A program made the translations under genes and the position numbers. The notes beneath the pieces were generated by a model. It did no database searches. It saw only the letters and a program-made list of their open reading frames with translations, and was not told the DNA's origin. Source: Hadesarchaea archaeon (GTDB lineage Archaea; Hadarchaeota; Hadarchaeia; Hadarchaeales; Hadarchaeaceae). Taken from it: a stretch of 64,000 bases of DNA. The DNA lies in assembly GCA_030601675.1 (NCBI GenBank), contig JAUWBN010000002.1:2150-66149 (forward strand). Direction: 5' to 3'. Positions 45,907 through 57,379 of this stretch are shown piece after piece (the first letter of the stretch is position 1; every line of letters starts with the position of its first letter).

Positions 45907-46986
45907 CTATTCAATCACTTCGAGCTTGGGCAACAATTCACGTTGTCGGGGCGTGAGTTCGATCGTGTGCGGGCGCTCTGGGATGCTAACCTCTTTTATC
46001 TCCCCGAAGAGAAGCGTCGAGAAGTAGCGGAACCCGTGATCGTTGAGCATCGTCGCCACGCGCTTGAGCTCAGGGCGGCGTTCGTGCAACTTTAAACATG
46101 CTTCCACGTTCGCTCCGCTAGAGATTCCGAGGAAAAGTCCCTCGTCGCAGGCGATGCGCTTGGTCATCCAGATGGCTCGCTCTGAGGAGACCAAAATTAT
46201 GCCGCCGAGCAACGAGAGATCAAAGATCGAGGGGATGAATCCATCACCCACACCCTCTATCTGGTGCGTCCCCCAGCGCTGCTTCGAGAGCACAGGGCAC
46301 TCGGCTGGCTCGACTGCGTATATTTTAATGTTCGAGTCCTGCTCCTTCAAGTATTTCCCGACTCCAGTGAGCGTTCCGCCAGTTCCAACCGCCGCGACGA
46401 ATGCATCTAGTCTGCCTTCGACTTGCTCCCATATCTCCGGCCCGGTCGTCTCGTAGTGAGCCTGAACGTTCGCCTCGTTGTTGAATTGGTTCACCCAGAA
46501 ATAACGCTCTGGGTCGAGCGACACAAGCTCCTTCGCCCGCTTCACCGCCAGATCGACGTCCGACTCGGCCCCGGGGAGTGTCATTATCTTCGCCCCGAAC
46601 GCGCGGATCGCCTTCATCCGCTCCTCGCTCATCCCCTCAGGTATTATTATCAGCACATGGAAGCCGAGGTGGGCCCCGAGCATCGCCGCCGAGATACCGG
46701 TGTTGCCCGTGGTGCTCTCAACCAGCGTCATCCCTGGGCGGAGTTCTCCTTTTTTCATTGCGTCTTTGATTATCTTCAACAGAATTCGGTCCTTCAAGCT
46801 CCCCGAGGGGTTCATAAACTCAGCCTTCCCGAAGAGCTCGAGCTCCGGCTTGCCGGCGAGCTCGGTGAGCTTGCGGAGCTTGATGAGTGGCGTAAGCCCT
46901 ATGAGCTCGGTTACATCTCCCGCCGCCTTCTGGTAGCGACCCCAGGCCACAGTATCAACCTTTGTAGACTTGTGCCCATCAGCCAT
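45907..46986 (-). CDS. PLP-dependent cysteine synthase family protein
   Basis: KAEFMNPSGSLKDR, STTGNTG, GTGGT, IEGVG, GISSGA; start moved to ATG 46986. Confidence 0.88.
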   Translation of the reverse strand: MADGHKSTKVDTVAWGRYQKAAGDVTELIGLTPLIKLRKLTELAGKPELELFGKAEFMNPSGSLKDRILLKIIKDAMKKGELRPGMTLVESTTGNTGISAAMLGAHLGFHVLIIIPEGMSEERMKAIRAFGAKIMTLPGAESDVDLAVKRAKELVSLDPERYFWVNQFNNEANVQAHYETTGPEIWEQVEGRLDAFVAAVGTGGTLTGVGKYLKEQDSNIKIYAVEPAECPVLSKQRWGTHQIEGVGDGFIPSIFDLSLLGGIILVSSERAIWMTKRIACDEGLFLGISSGANVEACLKLHERRPELKRVATMLNDHGFRYFSTLLFGEIKEVSIPERPHTIELTPRQRELLPKLEVIE

Positions 46987-47020
46987 ATTTAAACCCGCGA
47001 CCTTAGGGTGTTGGGGGCCC

Positions 47021-48289
47021 ATGAAAACCATCGCTGCCTTTGCGCTCCTCTTATGCGTGACCGCCTCCGGCGCTCTAGCTCAGGAATGGCCCACCTTCGG
47101 GCACGATGCCGAGCGTACCGGCTACTCGAACTCCTCGGCCCCTGAGACCGATCAAATCGCATGGACGTTCAACGGTGCTGGAAGCTTCTCCTCGCCAGCG
47201 GTCGCAGGCGACAAAGTTTTCGTCGGATGCGAAGACGGGTACCTTCACGCGATCAACGTGATCAACGGCAAGGAGGTCTGGAAATACCAAACGGGAGGGG
47301 GGGTTCTCTCTTCCCCAACGGTGGGCAATGACATCGTGTATTTCGGCTCAAACGACAACCGCGTCTATGCATTGTACGCGGATAACGGGAAGCCAGCCTG
47401 GCAAAACCCGCATGAAACCGAGGGCGCGGTGCTCTCGTCGCCAGCGGTTGCGGGTGGAAAAGTGTTCATCGGGTCAACGGACAACTACGTGTATGCTTTG
47501 AACGCGAATGATGGCAGGGAAAATTGGAAGTTTGGAACCAGAGGAAAAGTGACCTCGTCGCCCGCGGTTGCTGATGGCAAGGTTTTCGTTGGTTCGTGGG
47601 ATAATCGCGTGTACGCCATCAGCGCCGAGAGTGGAACGAAACTCTGGGAATTCCAAAGCACCGACGTTATCTTATCATCGCCGGCCGTGGTTGACAATCG
47701 GGTTTACATAGGATTGCGAAGGATCTTGGGCTCAGAAGGATGGAGCGTAGTCAGCTTAGATAGCTCAGATAACGGCAACCTAGTGTGGGAATACCAAACT
47801 GGGGGCCACATCGAATCCTCACCAGCCGTGGTTGAAAACAGCGTCTACGTGGGGTCGGATGATGGCCACATTTATTGCTTGGACGCGCGCGATAACGTGG
47901 AGAATCGCGAGATATGGAAATATAAAACTAACGACCGCGCGCAGTCCTCGCCAGCGGTCGCGGACGAAAAGGTGTTCATCGCCTCGCAGGACGGATACCT
48001 CTACGCGCTCGATGCGCAAGATGGCGACGAGATCTGGAAGTGCCACATAGGGGCGACGACGAAGCAATCGCCAGCCGTAGCTTACGGGAAGGTCTTCATA
48101 GGGACGAGCGAGGGCAAGCTCTACTGCTTCGGGAGCTGGGGCTCGGTGGCGGGTGGCGACATCGGGAAGGGTGCCATCTACTTGTTCATCACCGCCTTGC
48201 TCGTGCTCGCGCTCTGGGGGTTGACCCGCCTGAAGCCGCCGAAGCCGAAACGGGTCAGGAAAAGGAGGATTAGGAAAAAGAGGAAATAG
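47021..48289 (+). CDS. secreted PQQ-like beta-propeller repeat protein with C-terminal TM anchor and basic tail
   Basis: Signal peptide, about 8 SSPAV...G...W repeats, terminal hydrophobic helix then KPKRVRKRRIRKKRK. Confidence 0.85.
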   Translation: MKTIAAFALLLCVTASGALAQEWPTFGHDAERTGYSNSSAPETDQIAWTFNGAGSFSSPAVAGDKVFVGCEDGYLHAINVINGKEVWKYQTGGGVLSSPTVGNDIVYFGSNDNRVYALYADNGKPAWQNPHETEGAVLSSPAVAGGKVFIGSTDNYVYALNANDGRENWKFGTRGKVTSSPAVADGKVFVGSWDNRVYAISAESGTKLWEFQSTDVILSSPAVVDNRVYIGLRRILGSEGWSVVSLDSSDNGNLVWEYQTGGHIESSPAVVENSVYVGSDDGHIYCLDARDNVENREIWKYKTNDRAQSSPAVADEKVFIASQDGYLYALDAQDGDEIWKCHIGATTKQSPAVAYGKVFIGTSEGKLYCFGSWGSVAGGDIGKGAIYLFITALLVLALWGLTRLKPPKPKRVRKRRIRKKRK

Positions 48290-48382
48290 TGGTGGGGTCG
48301 CCGAGATTTGAACTCGAGTCACCGGCTTTTCCGCCCGAAAGCCCCGAAGCCGGCAGGATAGACCAGGCTACCCCACGACCCC
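48290..48382 (-). tRNA. tRNA-Pro(CGG) with 15-nt intron (48328..48342) at 37/38; CCA encoded
   Basis: GGGGTCG/CGACCCC acceptor, CCGGC/GCCGG anticodon stem, BHB motif with UUCG/CGGA central helix. Confidence 0.93.
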
Positions 48383-48406
48383 GAGGAAACTCAACCATCA
48401 AAACAT

Positions 48407-49603
48407 TTACCTTTTGCTGCCCGCTTTGAGCAGTCGTTCGAGTTCCCGCTCGAGCGTCGCCACCGGGATGTCGGGCACGCTTATCCGCTGGCTCTTCCCG
48501 CGGCGCCCCTTGCCCGAGGGCTGGAGGTCCACTATCCCAAGTCCCTCCATCCGCTTGAGGTAGTCCCAAAGCTGGGTGTGCTTTCGGGGCCCTTCACCGT
48601 GCTCCTCGCAGACGACGCGATAGCTGCGCTCCACCTCGCCCGTCAGCGTGTAGGCCCGCTTCGAAACCTTTAACTTTCGCGTTACGGCCAGCAGGAAAAG
48701 TTTCTCATGAAGTTGAAGGTCGCGAATCACCTCTCTTTTGATCTCGGGATAGACCTCGGCCTTGGCTCGGCGCGCGTGCTCGGGCATCACGGTATCAGCG
48801 CCCTCCCCATCCGCAGCCATCCCGGCGCGCCAGAGGAGCTCGAGCGCGAGTCGAGCATCACCCCATCGCGCGGCTATGTCGGCGATGAGCGCCACCGTGT
48901 CCTCGTCGACGGTGCCCGCTTTGAACGCCTCGCGGATTCGGTGGTCGAGGATGTCCGCAAGCTGAGGGGCGGTGTAGCGATCCAGCGCCAGCACGTTGTG
49001 CATGAAGGTGCTTTGGGTCGCGACATCGAGCGAGCGCAGGAAGTCCTTGTCGCGCGCGATTGCCACGATGCTTATGCGGTTGGGTGCCCCCGACTCCTCG
49101 GCCGCGCGGGTGAGCGAGTAAAGCAGGTCGGCCCCGTTGAGCTGGACGAAGTAATCGAGCTCGTCGAGGGTGAGCGTGAGGTAGGCGTCGTGCTTGTTCA
49201 GGTAGTCCACGACCATATCGAGGAGTTTCTCGGGACCCAACCCACGGGCGGGCCATCGAGGGTAGTAATGCTTCACCAGCTTCATCAACACCGCGTAAGG
49301 GGTCTTGTCCTTGCGGCAGTTGACGTGAAGGTATTTGAGGTTTAATCCCCGCCCCTTGGCCGTGGGCTCGAGCTCCTCGCCGAACCTCCGAGCGAGCGCG
49401 GTCTTCCCCACACCCACGCTTCCCGTGATGAGTACCCGCTGGCTTGCTCGGTTCTCGATGACCGACTTGAAAACTCGTGTGAGCTGACGGAACTCATCAT
49501 CGCGGTGCACGAGGACGCGTGGCACGTAGTCTGGCAAGAGCTTGCTCGCATCGCGAAAAACCGATTTACGCCCGAGCTCCTCCTCAAAGATCTCCCCGAA
49601 CAT
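48407..49603 (-). CDS. cdc6: second Orc1/Cdc6 paralog
   Basis: LVHRDDE, GSVGVGKT, LDELD, GDARLALELL, winged-helix GRRGK. Confidence 0.9.
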   Translation of the reverse strand: MFGEIFEEELGRKSVFRDASKLLPDYVPRVLVHRDDEFRQLTRVFKSVIENRASQRVLITGSVGVGKTALARRFGEELEPTAKGRGLNLKYLHVNCRKDKTPYAVLMKLVKHYYPRWPARGLGPEKLLDMVVDYLNKHDAYLTLTLDELDYFVQLNGADLLYSLTRAAEESGAPNRISIVAIARDKDFLRSLDVATQSTFMHNVLALDRYTAPQLADILDHRIREAFKAGTVDEDTVALIADIAARWGDARLALELLWRAGMAADGEGADTVMPEHARRAKAEVYPEIKREVIRDLQLHEKLFLLAVTRKLKVSKRAYTLTGEVERSYRVVCEEHGEGPRKHTQLWDYLKRMEGLGIVDLQPSGKGRRGKSQRISVPDIPVATLERELERLLKAGSKR

Positions 49604-49649
49604 CCTGCCCCTTTTCAGATTTATCCCGCTTGTGACATTAAAGCGCTAC

Positions 49650-51110
49650 CTAAGCCAGCAACCAGACGTAGGCAGCAACCACGACCGCTGCTGTGACGAA
49701 TGAGAAGACTCGCACAGCTCGGGACCAGCTCCAACCCCGCCTGTACCGCATGAAGGAGCCCGCCGCGATCGAGAGGACCACAGCGCCTGCACTCATCACG
49801 GCGAACGCTGCGAGAAGGAGGGGCAACTCTTCGTACGCCCAGCGCAGCTCCTCGAGGTCCTCCCCCGCCAGCTGCCGAACGAGCTGGGCCCCGAACGAGG
49901 CCACTTGTCCCAGCCTTACCTTATCCACGGCGTCGAGGTCGTCGGCCAAGGTGTGAATCGGCCAAAGAATCTCTCCGTGCTGCGGGTTGACCCAATAAAC
50001 CCAAGTCCCTGGAATGTCCATTTTCGTGAAGCTCGCGTAGTCGCTGCACCCCCTGACGTCTGACGAGTCCCCCGATTTCGCGTATAAACCCAAGTTCTCC
50101 GCCAGCTCTTGGGCGTAGGCATCGAGCCATTCGGTTGTGGCAACCTCCTGCGAGTCCCTGAGCCCCACGCGCAACCCATCCTCAGGTCCAGGAGCTATTG
50201 AATCAAAAACGATTGCGACGACGATGTCGTTCTCAACGTGTTCGAGCACGAATGCGTCACTCCCCAACAGACCGAGTTCTTCGCTCCCAAAGGTTGTGAA
50301 AAGAATGGTGCGTGGGAGGTTCTCAGTTGAAAGCACTCGCGCGATTTCGAGCACGACCGCTACACCCGAAGCATCGTCAACCGCGCCAGGGGTCAGGACG
50401 GAATCATGGTGGGCACCAATGACCATGATCTCCTCGCTCTGCCCGGGCAGGAGCGCCACGACGTTATGAGATACAGCACTCTCAACCTTGGCCTTAAACT
50501 GCAGCTCAACCTCAACGTTATCCTGTTCCAAAAGTTCGATCAGATGTTGCGCATCCCATCCTGAGATCCACAGTAACGGTGCCCTCGGTGGATTTGACCA
50601 TTGTGGCTCAAAGTAAGGAGGCCAATTATCTAAATAAGTGAGCACGGCTAGCGGAGGCAAGTCGACAAGTGCGCTTGAAACATTTTTTCTCTCAACCAGG
50701 ACCACGCGCTCACACAGTTGTTCTAAGTTCTCCGGCTCCTCCGTCACGTGCACAAGTCGCCCAGTAACGGTGTTGTCCGTAGAGGGGGAGTAAATTAGTG
50801 GCACGAAAGCTATGTCCATTTGTTCAGGAGAAATTATACGCAACCAATTTTCCTCGATTGCGTATGAGCTCTCGATGGTAAAGTTCTCAATCCATGCTTC
50901 TAAGCCGTAGCTCCGAAACTCGTTCTCGATATAGCTCGCGGCCATCGCTTCCGCCTCGGTGCCAGCAAAGCGTGGAGCGATGTTCACCAAGTTCTCCACG
51001 TGCCCGTAAGCTCGGTCGGCTGAAACCTCTGCCCCCTGAGCCAAAGTTGGGCTACAGAAGATCGCAGCTAAAACAAACACCAACAAAATACAGTGTAAAC
51101 TAAACCTCAT
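49650..51110 (-). CDS. membrane-anchored M28 family aminopeptidase with PA domain
   Basis: Signal peptide, GAHHDSV..GAVDDASG, GSEELGLLGS, SDYASF, IHT..D, C-terminal TM helices. Confidence 0.85.
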   Translation of the reverse strand: MRFSLHCILLVFVLAAIFCSPTLAQGAEVSADRAYGHVENLVNIAPRFAGTEAEAMAASYIENEFRSYGLEAWIENFTIESSYAIEENWLRIISPEQMDIAFVPLIYSPSTDNTVTGRLVHVTEEPENLEQLCERVVLVERKNVSSALVDLPPLAVLTYLDNWPPYFEPQWSNPPRAPLLWISGWDAQHLIELLEQDNVEVELQFKAKVESAVSHNVVALLPGQSEEIMVIGAHHDSVLTPGAVDDASGVAVVLEIARVLSTENLPRTILFTTFGSEELGLLGSDAFVLEHVENDIVVAIVFDSIAPGPEDGLRVGLRDSQEVATTEWLDAYAQELAENLGLYAKSGDSSDVRGCSDYASFTKMDIPGTWVYWVNPQHGEILWPIHTLADDLDAVDKVRLGQVASFGAQLVRQLAGEDLEELRWAYEELPLLLAAFAVMSAGAVVLSIAAGSFMRYRRGWSWSRAVRVFSFVTAAVVVAAYVWLLA

Positions 51111-51574
51111 TTGGGTTCCTTTCGGACGGCGGAATATTTCTTTATGATGTGAAATAACCTGATTTCGCCGATTATGATGTTATTTCGCCTTGTCACAGGG
51201 AGCCTTCTTACCCCGTGTTCCATCATCTTGCTTAGCACATCCCCCACCGTGTTCTTGGGGCCGCACTTGACGAGTCTTCTATGCATAATGCTCTCAGCGG
51301 TGCCCCAATACAGTGTCCTTAGGTCTGGGAGCCCGAAAGCGTAGGGAGCTCTTCTAGGGGACAAGATACTTAAGACATCGTGCTCCGTTATCACACCAAC
51401 GATTTTTTTGCTTTTTTTGCCCTCGGTGACCCACACGTGGGTCTTTTTTGATAAGATGTCCAGAACGCGGTCGACGTGCGCGTCTTTTTCAATGAGGGGC
51501 ACGTCCCTCCTCTGCATGATTTTTTCAACTTTGAGTTCGTAGAATTCAGGGCCCACTCTTTTTGGTTCCGCCAT
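51107..51574 (-). CDS. CBS domain pair protein
   Basis: IVGVITEHDVL, GVRRLPV. Confidence 0.85.
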   Translation of the reverse strand: MAEPKRVGPEFYELKVEKIMQRRDVPLIEKDAHVDRVLDILSKKTHVWVTEGKKSKKIVGVITEHDVLSILSPRRAPYAFGLPDLRTLYWGTAESIMHRRLVKCGPKNTVGDVLSKMMEHGVRRLPVTRRNNIIIGEIRLFHIIKKYSAVRKEPK

Positions 51575-51608
51575 TCTTTCTCCTCCAACTAAAACTCTTG
51601 GTACACTA

Positions 51609-52787
51609 TTAAACCTCTTTCTTGTTTTTGATCATCTTCAGGGCTTTCCATAGCGATGGCGGCGTGATGAGGGTGGTGATAATGACCATCACAAGGATGG
51701 CAGAGGCTATATCGGCGCCTATGATGCCATGATCAAGCCCAAGTTTGACCAAGATCAATTCCACACCTGCTCTCGGCATCATGGCAATACCGACAGCAAA
51801 GGATTCCCTATCGCTGAATTTAGAGGCCTTCGCGCCAAGACCGCACCCCACGACCTTCCCGATGATCGCTACAATTACCAATACTGCGGCGAATGTGCCA
51901 ACGGTTGTAAATGCGCCAAAATCGAAGTTCATACCTATCCATACGAAGAAAATTGGTATGAAAAATCCACCCCCGATTAGTGAGATGTGTTCCCTGAGTC
52001 TCCTAGCAAAATGAGTTTGACCAATGACCAGTCCTGCTATGAAAGCTCCTATAATCGCGGCCAGCCCGATCTCTGTAGTTATCAGGCCAAACGCCAGAAC
52101 GGTGACCAGCCCTAACAACAAGAGGCTTTCTCCCCCAACCGTGATTTTTTCAGAGAGTTTCCTGAATAATTTGATTCCAGCGGTTAGGGAAATCAGGAAA
52201 AATAAGACAGTGAGGACGATGAGCAAAGATATTTCTCCAAGAGGTATTGCACCAGTAGCCACCACGGTGATGAAAATGCTCATCATCACCACACCGATCA
52301 CGTCGTCGATGACTGCTGCCCCCATTATCAGAGTACCTAACCTAGTCCGCAACATCCTCAACTCCGTAAGGACGGAGGCTTTTACCCCCACCGAGGTTGC
52401 CACCAAGCTTATGCCCACGAATGTCGCGATGAGGTGAGAAAATCCGAAATAGATCGTCGCGAGATATCCGAGGATAAACGGTAAGATTACGCCAGAAACG
52501 GCGACAACGCTAGATGCGACTTCTAGCCTTTTGAATTCTTCGAAGTTCAAGCCAAGACCTGTAGAAAAAAGCAGGAGTAAAATTCCGATTTCAGCGATGC
52601 TAGATATGGGGCCTTCGGCAGCTGAGGGCCCCGTTGTCGATAAAATTATTAGATTCCCGAGGATTATCCCAAGAAGCAATTCTCCCAAAATTACGGGCTG
52701 TCTTAACCCCTTCGATAGAAGTCTGCCCAATCCCGCTGCAACGAGGATCACCAAGAGGGCCGGGACAAATGTCAGTTCCAGAGCCAT
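51609..52787 (-). CDS. cation:proton antiporter (CPA2, NapA/KefB-like)
   Basis: Multi-TM; ATSVGV, AAVIDDV, IIGAF.AG, MPRAGV. Confidence 0.9.
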   Translation of the reverse strand: MALELTFVPALLVILVAAGLGRLLSKGLRQPVILGELLLGIILGNLIILSTTGPSAAEGPISSIAEIGILLLLFSTGLGLNFEEFKRLEVASSVVAVSGVILPFILGYLATIYFGFSHLIATFVGISLVATSVGVKASVLTELRMLRTRLGTLIMGAAVIDDVIGVVMMSIFITVVATGAIPLGEISLLIVLTVLFFLISLTAGIKLFRKLSEKITVGGESLLLLGLVTVLAFGLITTEIGLAAIIGAFIAGLVIGQTHFARRLREHISLIGGGFFIPIFFVWIGMNFDFGAFTTVGTFAAVLVIVAIIGKVVGCGLGAKASKFSDRESFAVGIAMMPRAGVELILVKLGLDHGIIGADIASAILVMVIITTLITPPSLWKALKMIKNKKEV

Positions 52788-52843
52788 AATGACGCCAAAG
52801 AGAACAACACGCGTTTATCACCTATAAATTTAATTTTAGATAG

Positions 52844-53419
52844 TTGGTGAAGTGTTTGATAGTCGAAATCATCACGATAGGCGAGGTCGAGCGCCCGCTG
52901 CTGGAGGACCTGGCTCGCGAGCTCACGAAAGCCTACGCCCCGCTCGTCGAGAGTTGCCTCATCGGCGCCTCACTCCAAATGCCACCGGCCGCATACAACG
53001 CTCGACGCAACCAGTACGACGCAGACCTAATCTTGGAGCGGGTGCTGCACAGGATAACAGGTGAAAACCGAGTGCTCGCGTTGCTCACTACCGACCTCTA
53101 CACCCGCTCACGCAACCTCAACTTCATCTTCGGCCAAGCACAATGTCTGGGCAGGGTGGCGCTCGTCTCGCTTTGCCGCCTCGACCCAACTTTCTACGGG
53201 GCGCCACCCGACCGCAAGCTTTTCCTTGAGCGCGCGACGAAGGAAGTTGTCCACGAGCTCGGGCACACTTTCGGGCTCGGGCACTGCGCGAACCCGAGCT
53301 GCGTCATGTCGTTCTCAAATTCCATTCTCGATGTGGACAAGAAGAAACCTGCTTTCTGCAAGACCTGCAGGCGAAAACTGCACCGTCAAACCACTTTGAC
53401 CATACACGTCTGGCGGTAG
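52844..53419 (+). CDS. amzA: archaemetzincin Zn metalloprotease
   Basis: HELGHTFGLGHCANPSCVM...FCKTC. Confidence 0.92.
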   Translation: MVKCLIVEIITIGEVERPLLEDLARELTKAYAPLVESCLIGASLQMPPAAYNARRNQYDADLILERVLHRITGENRVLALLTTDLYTRSRNLNFIFGQAQCLGRVALVSLCRLDPTFYGAPPDRKLFLERATKEVVHELGHTFGLGHCANPSCVMSFSNSILDVDKKKPAFCKTCRRKLHRQTTLTIHVWR

Positions 53420-54492
53420 CCCGTGATTACGCGGATGTAGCCCCGGAACTCGCGGTCGAGCTCTGCGTCGTCGGTATCGACTTTTAGCGTGGGGGTTGCC
53501 CTCAGCTTGTGGGGTGTCGCCAGCACCCAGACGTTCTCCTTACCCACGCGCCTCACCACTGCCGGGCTGAGTTGCTGGTTCCCCCGCCCCACGATGAAAC
53601 CCTGCCTACCGATGGGGCTTACAATTATCGTTGCTGATTTTTTCCCGATTGCCTTCAAAAGCTGTTGCTCGTTCACGTCGCGTGCCACGAGTTTGTAGTC
53701 TTGAAGCAAGTCGACTCCAAGCAACGTTGAGTTATAAATTCCCAATTCCTCAGCAACTGCTCGAGTTGTGGTACCGGGACCAAGTGCGTATATATGCCCG
53801 CGTTCCATGAGCTCGATCACCCAGCGCGCGATTGCTTTTTGGTCAGCAAGCTCGTAACCGGTGCTTCCCTCCTTTGTCGCTTGCATCATGACTGGTTCGT
53901 ATGGCACCCGCACATAGCCCTTGAGCTTCGCTACGAGACGGTTCTCGCGGTAAGCTTCTTCATCTATATCCATGACCTCTGCCTCTCGTAGTGGCAACCC
54001 CTCGCTCAAGAAACGTGCTACAACTTCACCTGCTGTTTGGGGTGTGTTGGCGAAAGCGGCGCTGTGCATCTTCACGCCGGTCGGGATGCCCAAAATCGGC
54101 ACTTGAGTTCCTATCGCTTTGATTATATCACTCATCGTGCCATCGCCGCCAGCAAGGAGGATGAGGTCGACATCCTTCTCCAACATTTCCCTAGCAGCGC
54201 GCTTGGTGTCCTCAGCGGTGGTTTTGCCTGAGGTTATGTGCCCAATCACTTGAACTTCCAGACCCGCCTCGCTTGCCTCTGCTGCCCCCATCTCAGCTGG
54301 ATAAGTTATCAGCTCGAACTTCACCCCAGCACGCTTTAAACTCCGCAGCGTTTCTACCGCCCTAGCTGGGGAAACCGGCTCAGCGCCGAGTTCCAGAGCT
54401 TTCGCAATTATGTCCGCGCCACCCGTGCCTTTCAATCCGACTCGTCCACCCATGCCTGCGATCGGGTTGACGATGAGACCGAGCTTTTTCAT
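53386..54492 (-). CDS. ATP-NAD kinase-like (AcoX-type) protein
   Basis: [33 protein letters not shown]. Confidence 0.85.
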   Translation of the reverse strand: MKKLGLIVNPIAGMGGRVGLKGTGGADIIAKALELGAEPVSPARAVETLRSLKRAGVKFELITYPAEMGAAEASEAGLEVQVIGHITSGKTTAEDTKRAAREMLEKDVDLILLAGGDGTMSDIIKAIGTQVPILGIPTGVKMHSAAFANTPQTAGEVVARFLSEGLPLREAEVMDIDEEAYRENRLVAKLKGYVRVPYEPVMMQATKEGSTGYELADQKAIARWVIELMERGHIYALGPGTTTRAVAEELGIYNSTLLGVDLLQDYKLVARDVNEQQLLKAIGKKSATIIVSPIGRQGFIVGRGNQQLSPAVVRRVGKENVWVLATPHKLRATPTLKVDTDDAELDREFRGYIRVITGYRQTCMVKVV

Positions 54493-55985
54493 TTCTTCGC
54501 CGATTTACGATGTGCGCCCCAGCTCAAAATAGGTTCACGCGAGGCCTTGGCTTCGTCAAGTTTCCCTATCGCTGTTGTCGTCGGGGCTGAGCGTAGCTTC
54601 TCTGGATTCGAGCGAGCCTCTTGGGCTATCGTATTGAGCGCGTCAACAAAATGATCGAGCTCCTCACGGGGCTCTGTTTCCGTAGGCTCGATCATCAACG
54701 CTTCAGGCACAATGGGGGGGAAGTAGTAGGTTGGCGCGTGTATGCCGTGATCGAGCAGGCGCTTCGCAACATCACGCGCGGTTACGCCCGTCTCCAGCTT
54801 TAGGGACTCCGTGCTGAAGACGACCTCGTGCTTACATGGACCGCTCGCGTCGAACTTCAGCTCATAGCCCTTGACGCCGAGTAACTTGTGCATAATGTAG
54901 TTCGCGTTGAGTACAGCCGCCTCGGTCACCTCGTTCAATCCTTCGGCACCCATAAGCAGGAGGTAAGCATACGCCTTCACGAGCACGCCGAAGTTTCCGT
55001 AGAATCCCTTGATTTTGCCGATCGAGTGCGGACGATTGTAGTCGAAGTAGTAGCGTTTGCGTTTGCGGTCGTATTCAACCACGGGCACGGGGAGGAACTT
55101 CTCGAGTTCCTTCTGCACACCGATGGGCCCAGCCCCCGGGCCGCCCCCGCCGTGAGGGGTTGCGAAGGTCTTGTGTAGGTTGAAGTGAACGATGTCGAAG
55201 CCCATGTCGCCCGGACGCGTCTTACCCAAGATACCGTTCAAGTTCGCGCCGTCGTAAAACAACAGGCCGCCGGCATCGTGAATCACTTCGGCGATGTCGA
55301 TGATTTGATCCTCGAACAGGCCCAACGTGTTCGGGTTCGTCAGCATCAAAGCTGCGGTGCGTTCGGAGACTGCTGCCTTCAGAGCCTTGAGGTCGACGCG
55401 CCCACGAGCATTTGACGGCACGGTCACAACCTCATAACCGGCCATCGCCGCGCTCGCTGGATTCGTGCCGTGTGCAGAGTCAGGTACTATTACCCGATCA
55501 CGTTTGTCGTCGCGCCCGGATTTGTGATAAGCACGTGTGAGCAACATCGCGATAAACTCGCCGTGTGCACCAGCAGAGGGTTGTAAGGAAACGCGCGCGA
55601 CGCCTGCGATTTCCGCGAGGAAACGCCCCAGCCTGTACATTAACTCGAGCGCCCCCTGCACCGTCTCCTCAGCTTGATGGGGGTGAATGCAGCTCGCGGT
55701 TTCGAGTGCAGCAAGCTCCTCACAGACCTTCGGGTTGTACTTCATCGTGCACGAGCCGAGCGGGTAGAAGCCCGAGTCAACGCCGTAGTTCATCTGCGAG
55801 AGGCGGGTGTAGTGCCGAACGACCTCCGGCTCCGAGAGCTCGGGCAGCTCTAGCTTCTCGCGCAGGAGCTCCTTGGGCACGTTTATACGCCCACGTGGTT
55901 TTCCGGGCAACGAGCTCCCAACGCGCCCCGGCTTGCTGAGTTCGAAAATTAACGGCTCAATCCATCGCGCTTGCTGATAGCTCAT
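54489..55985 (-). CDS. gcvPB: glycine cleavage P protein subunit 2
   Basis: [36 protein letters not shown]. Confidence 0.95.
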   Translation of the reverse strand: MSYQQARWIEPLIFELSKPGRVGSSLPGKPRGRINVPKELLREKLELPELSEPEVVRHYTRLSQMNYGVDSGFYPLGSCTMKYNPKVCEELAALETASCIHPHQAEETVQGALELMYRLGRFLAEIAGVARVSLQPSAGAHGEFIAMLLTRAYHKSGRDDKRDRVIVPDSAHGTNPASAAMAGYEVVTVPSNARGRVDLKALKAAVSERTAALMLTNPNTLGLFEDQIIDIAEVIHDAGGLLFYDGANLNGILGKTRPGDMGFDIVHFNLHKTFATPHGGGGPGAGPIGVQKELEKFLPVPVVEYDRKRKRYYFDYNRPHSIGKIKGFYGNFGVLVKAYAYLLLMGAEGLNEVTEAAVLNANYIMHKLLGVKGYELKFDASGPCKHEVVFSTESLKLETGVTARDVAKRLLDHGIHAPTYYFPPIVPEALMIEPTETEPREELDHFVDALNTIAQEARSNPEKLRSAPTTTAIGKLDEAKASREPILSWGAHRKSAKK

Positions 55986-57370
55986 CGCCGCCCCCCCAAG
56001 AGCTCCTTTAGCGCGTTCGCCAGGCGGTCGATGCCCTCGCGTGAGTGCAGCTCGGTCGTGCAGAGCAAGGCCGCCGCCCCCAGCTCCGGAAACTCCGTGC
56101 GAAGTGGTTTACCACCTTGGATGCCACGCTTAAGCAGCCCAGCATTGAGTTTTTGGATTGATATACGTGTGTCGGTGCAGTTCAGCGTGAACTCGTTGAA
56201 GTGGGGGGCATCGAAGATCGGCGCCTTCAAACCTTTAATCGCGTTTAGTTTTTTCATCGCATAGCTTGCGTTGCTAGCGCAAAGTTCAGCGAGGTCGTTC
56301 AATCCTCGTGGGCCTAACGAAGCAAGGTAAATAGCTGCTGCCACCGCGCAGAGCGCCTCGTTCGTGCAAATGCTCGATGTTGCTCGTTCGCGGCGGATGT
56401 GTTGCTCCCGCGTCTGCAGGACCATGCAGTAGCCGCGCGTCCCGCCGTCGAGCGTGGTCGTCATCCCTATCAGCCTACCTGGCATTTGTCTCATGAGCTT
56501 CGTCTCACCGCGACATGCGAAGATCCCCAGCGATGGGCCCCCGAAGCTGACTGGGTTACCGAGCGGCTGCCCCTCACCCACGACGATGTCGGCACCGTAG
56601 TCGCCGGGGGGCTTGAGCAGGCCGAGTGAGATTGGATTGACCCCCACCACGAAAAGCGCTCCCGCTTTATGCGCCGCGGCCGCTATCTCGTCAACCTGCG
56701 TCTCCAAAAAGCCCAAATAGCTCGGGTTCTCGATGTAAACACCCGCGACCGCTTGGCCCAGCTCTTTCCGAAGCTGGCCCAGGTCGAGCTGTCCCGTGGT
56801 GCGGTCGTAGCCAATTTTCACGGGCTCCAATCCCGGCCCGGAAGTGTAGTTTTGCAGGGTCGAAAATCGCTCGGGGCCGATGAGCTCCGGCACCAAGAAC
56901 TTCTTCCGTCGGGTGACCCGTGCACACATCAGCGCCGCCTCGCCCAACGCGGTTGCCCAATCATACATCGAGGAGTTCGCGACCTCGAGCCCGACCAGCT
57001 CGGCGATCATACTTTGGTACTCGAACAACGCTTGGAGCATGCCCTGGCTTGCCTCGGGTTGATAAGGAGTGTAGGAGGTGAGAAACTCGGAACGCTGCAC
57101 GAGCGAGCGGACGTGTGCGGGTACGTGGTGGGGCCAGACACCTCCCCCGAGAAAAGAGAGCATTTGGGTGAATGGTTTGTTTTTCGCGAGTATCGCTTGC
57201 ACGTGGCGTTTGACCTCGAGCTCGGGCATCGCGGGTGGCAGCTTCAGCTCGCGCTTGAGGCGAATTTTGGGCGGGATGTCGGCGAAGAGCTCGTCGATGC
57301 TCGCGGCCCCGATCTCGCGCAGCATCTTTTCTCGAATCTCCCGCGTGTTCGGGATATATGGGTGGCCCAT
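55982..57370 (-). CDS. gcvPA: glycine cleavage P protein subunit 1
   Basis: [35 protein letters not shown]. Confidence 0.95.
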   Translation of the reverse strand: MGHPYIPNTREIREKMLREIGAASIDELFADIPPKIRLKRELKLPPAMPELEVKRHVQAILAKNKPFTQMLSFLGGGVWPHHVPAHVRSLVQRSEFLTSYTPYQPEASQGMLQALFEYQSMIAELVGLEVANSSMYDWATALGEAALMCARVTRRKKFLVPELIGPERFSTLQNYTSGPGLEPVKIGYDRTTGQLDLGQLRKELGQAVAGVYIENPSYLGFLETQVDEIAAAAHKAGALFVVGVNPISLGLLKPPGDYGADIVVGEGQPLGNPVSFGGPSLGIFACRGETKLMRQMPGRLIGMTTTLDGGTRGYCMVLQTREQHIRRERATSSICTNEALCAVAAAIYLASLGPRGLNDLAELCASNASYAMKKLNAIKGLKAPIFDAPHFNEFTLNCTDTRISIQKLNAGLLKRGIQGGKPLRTEFPELGAAALLCTTELHSREGIDRLANALKELLGGRR

Positions 57371-57379
57371 CGCATCGAC

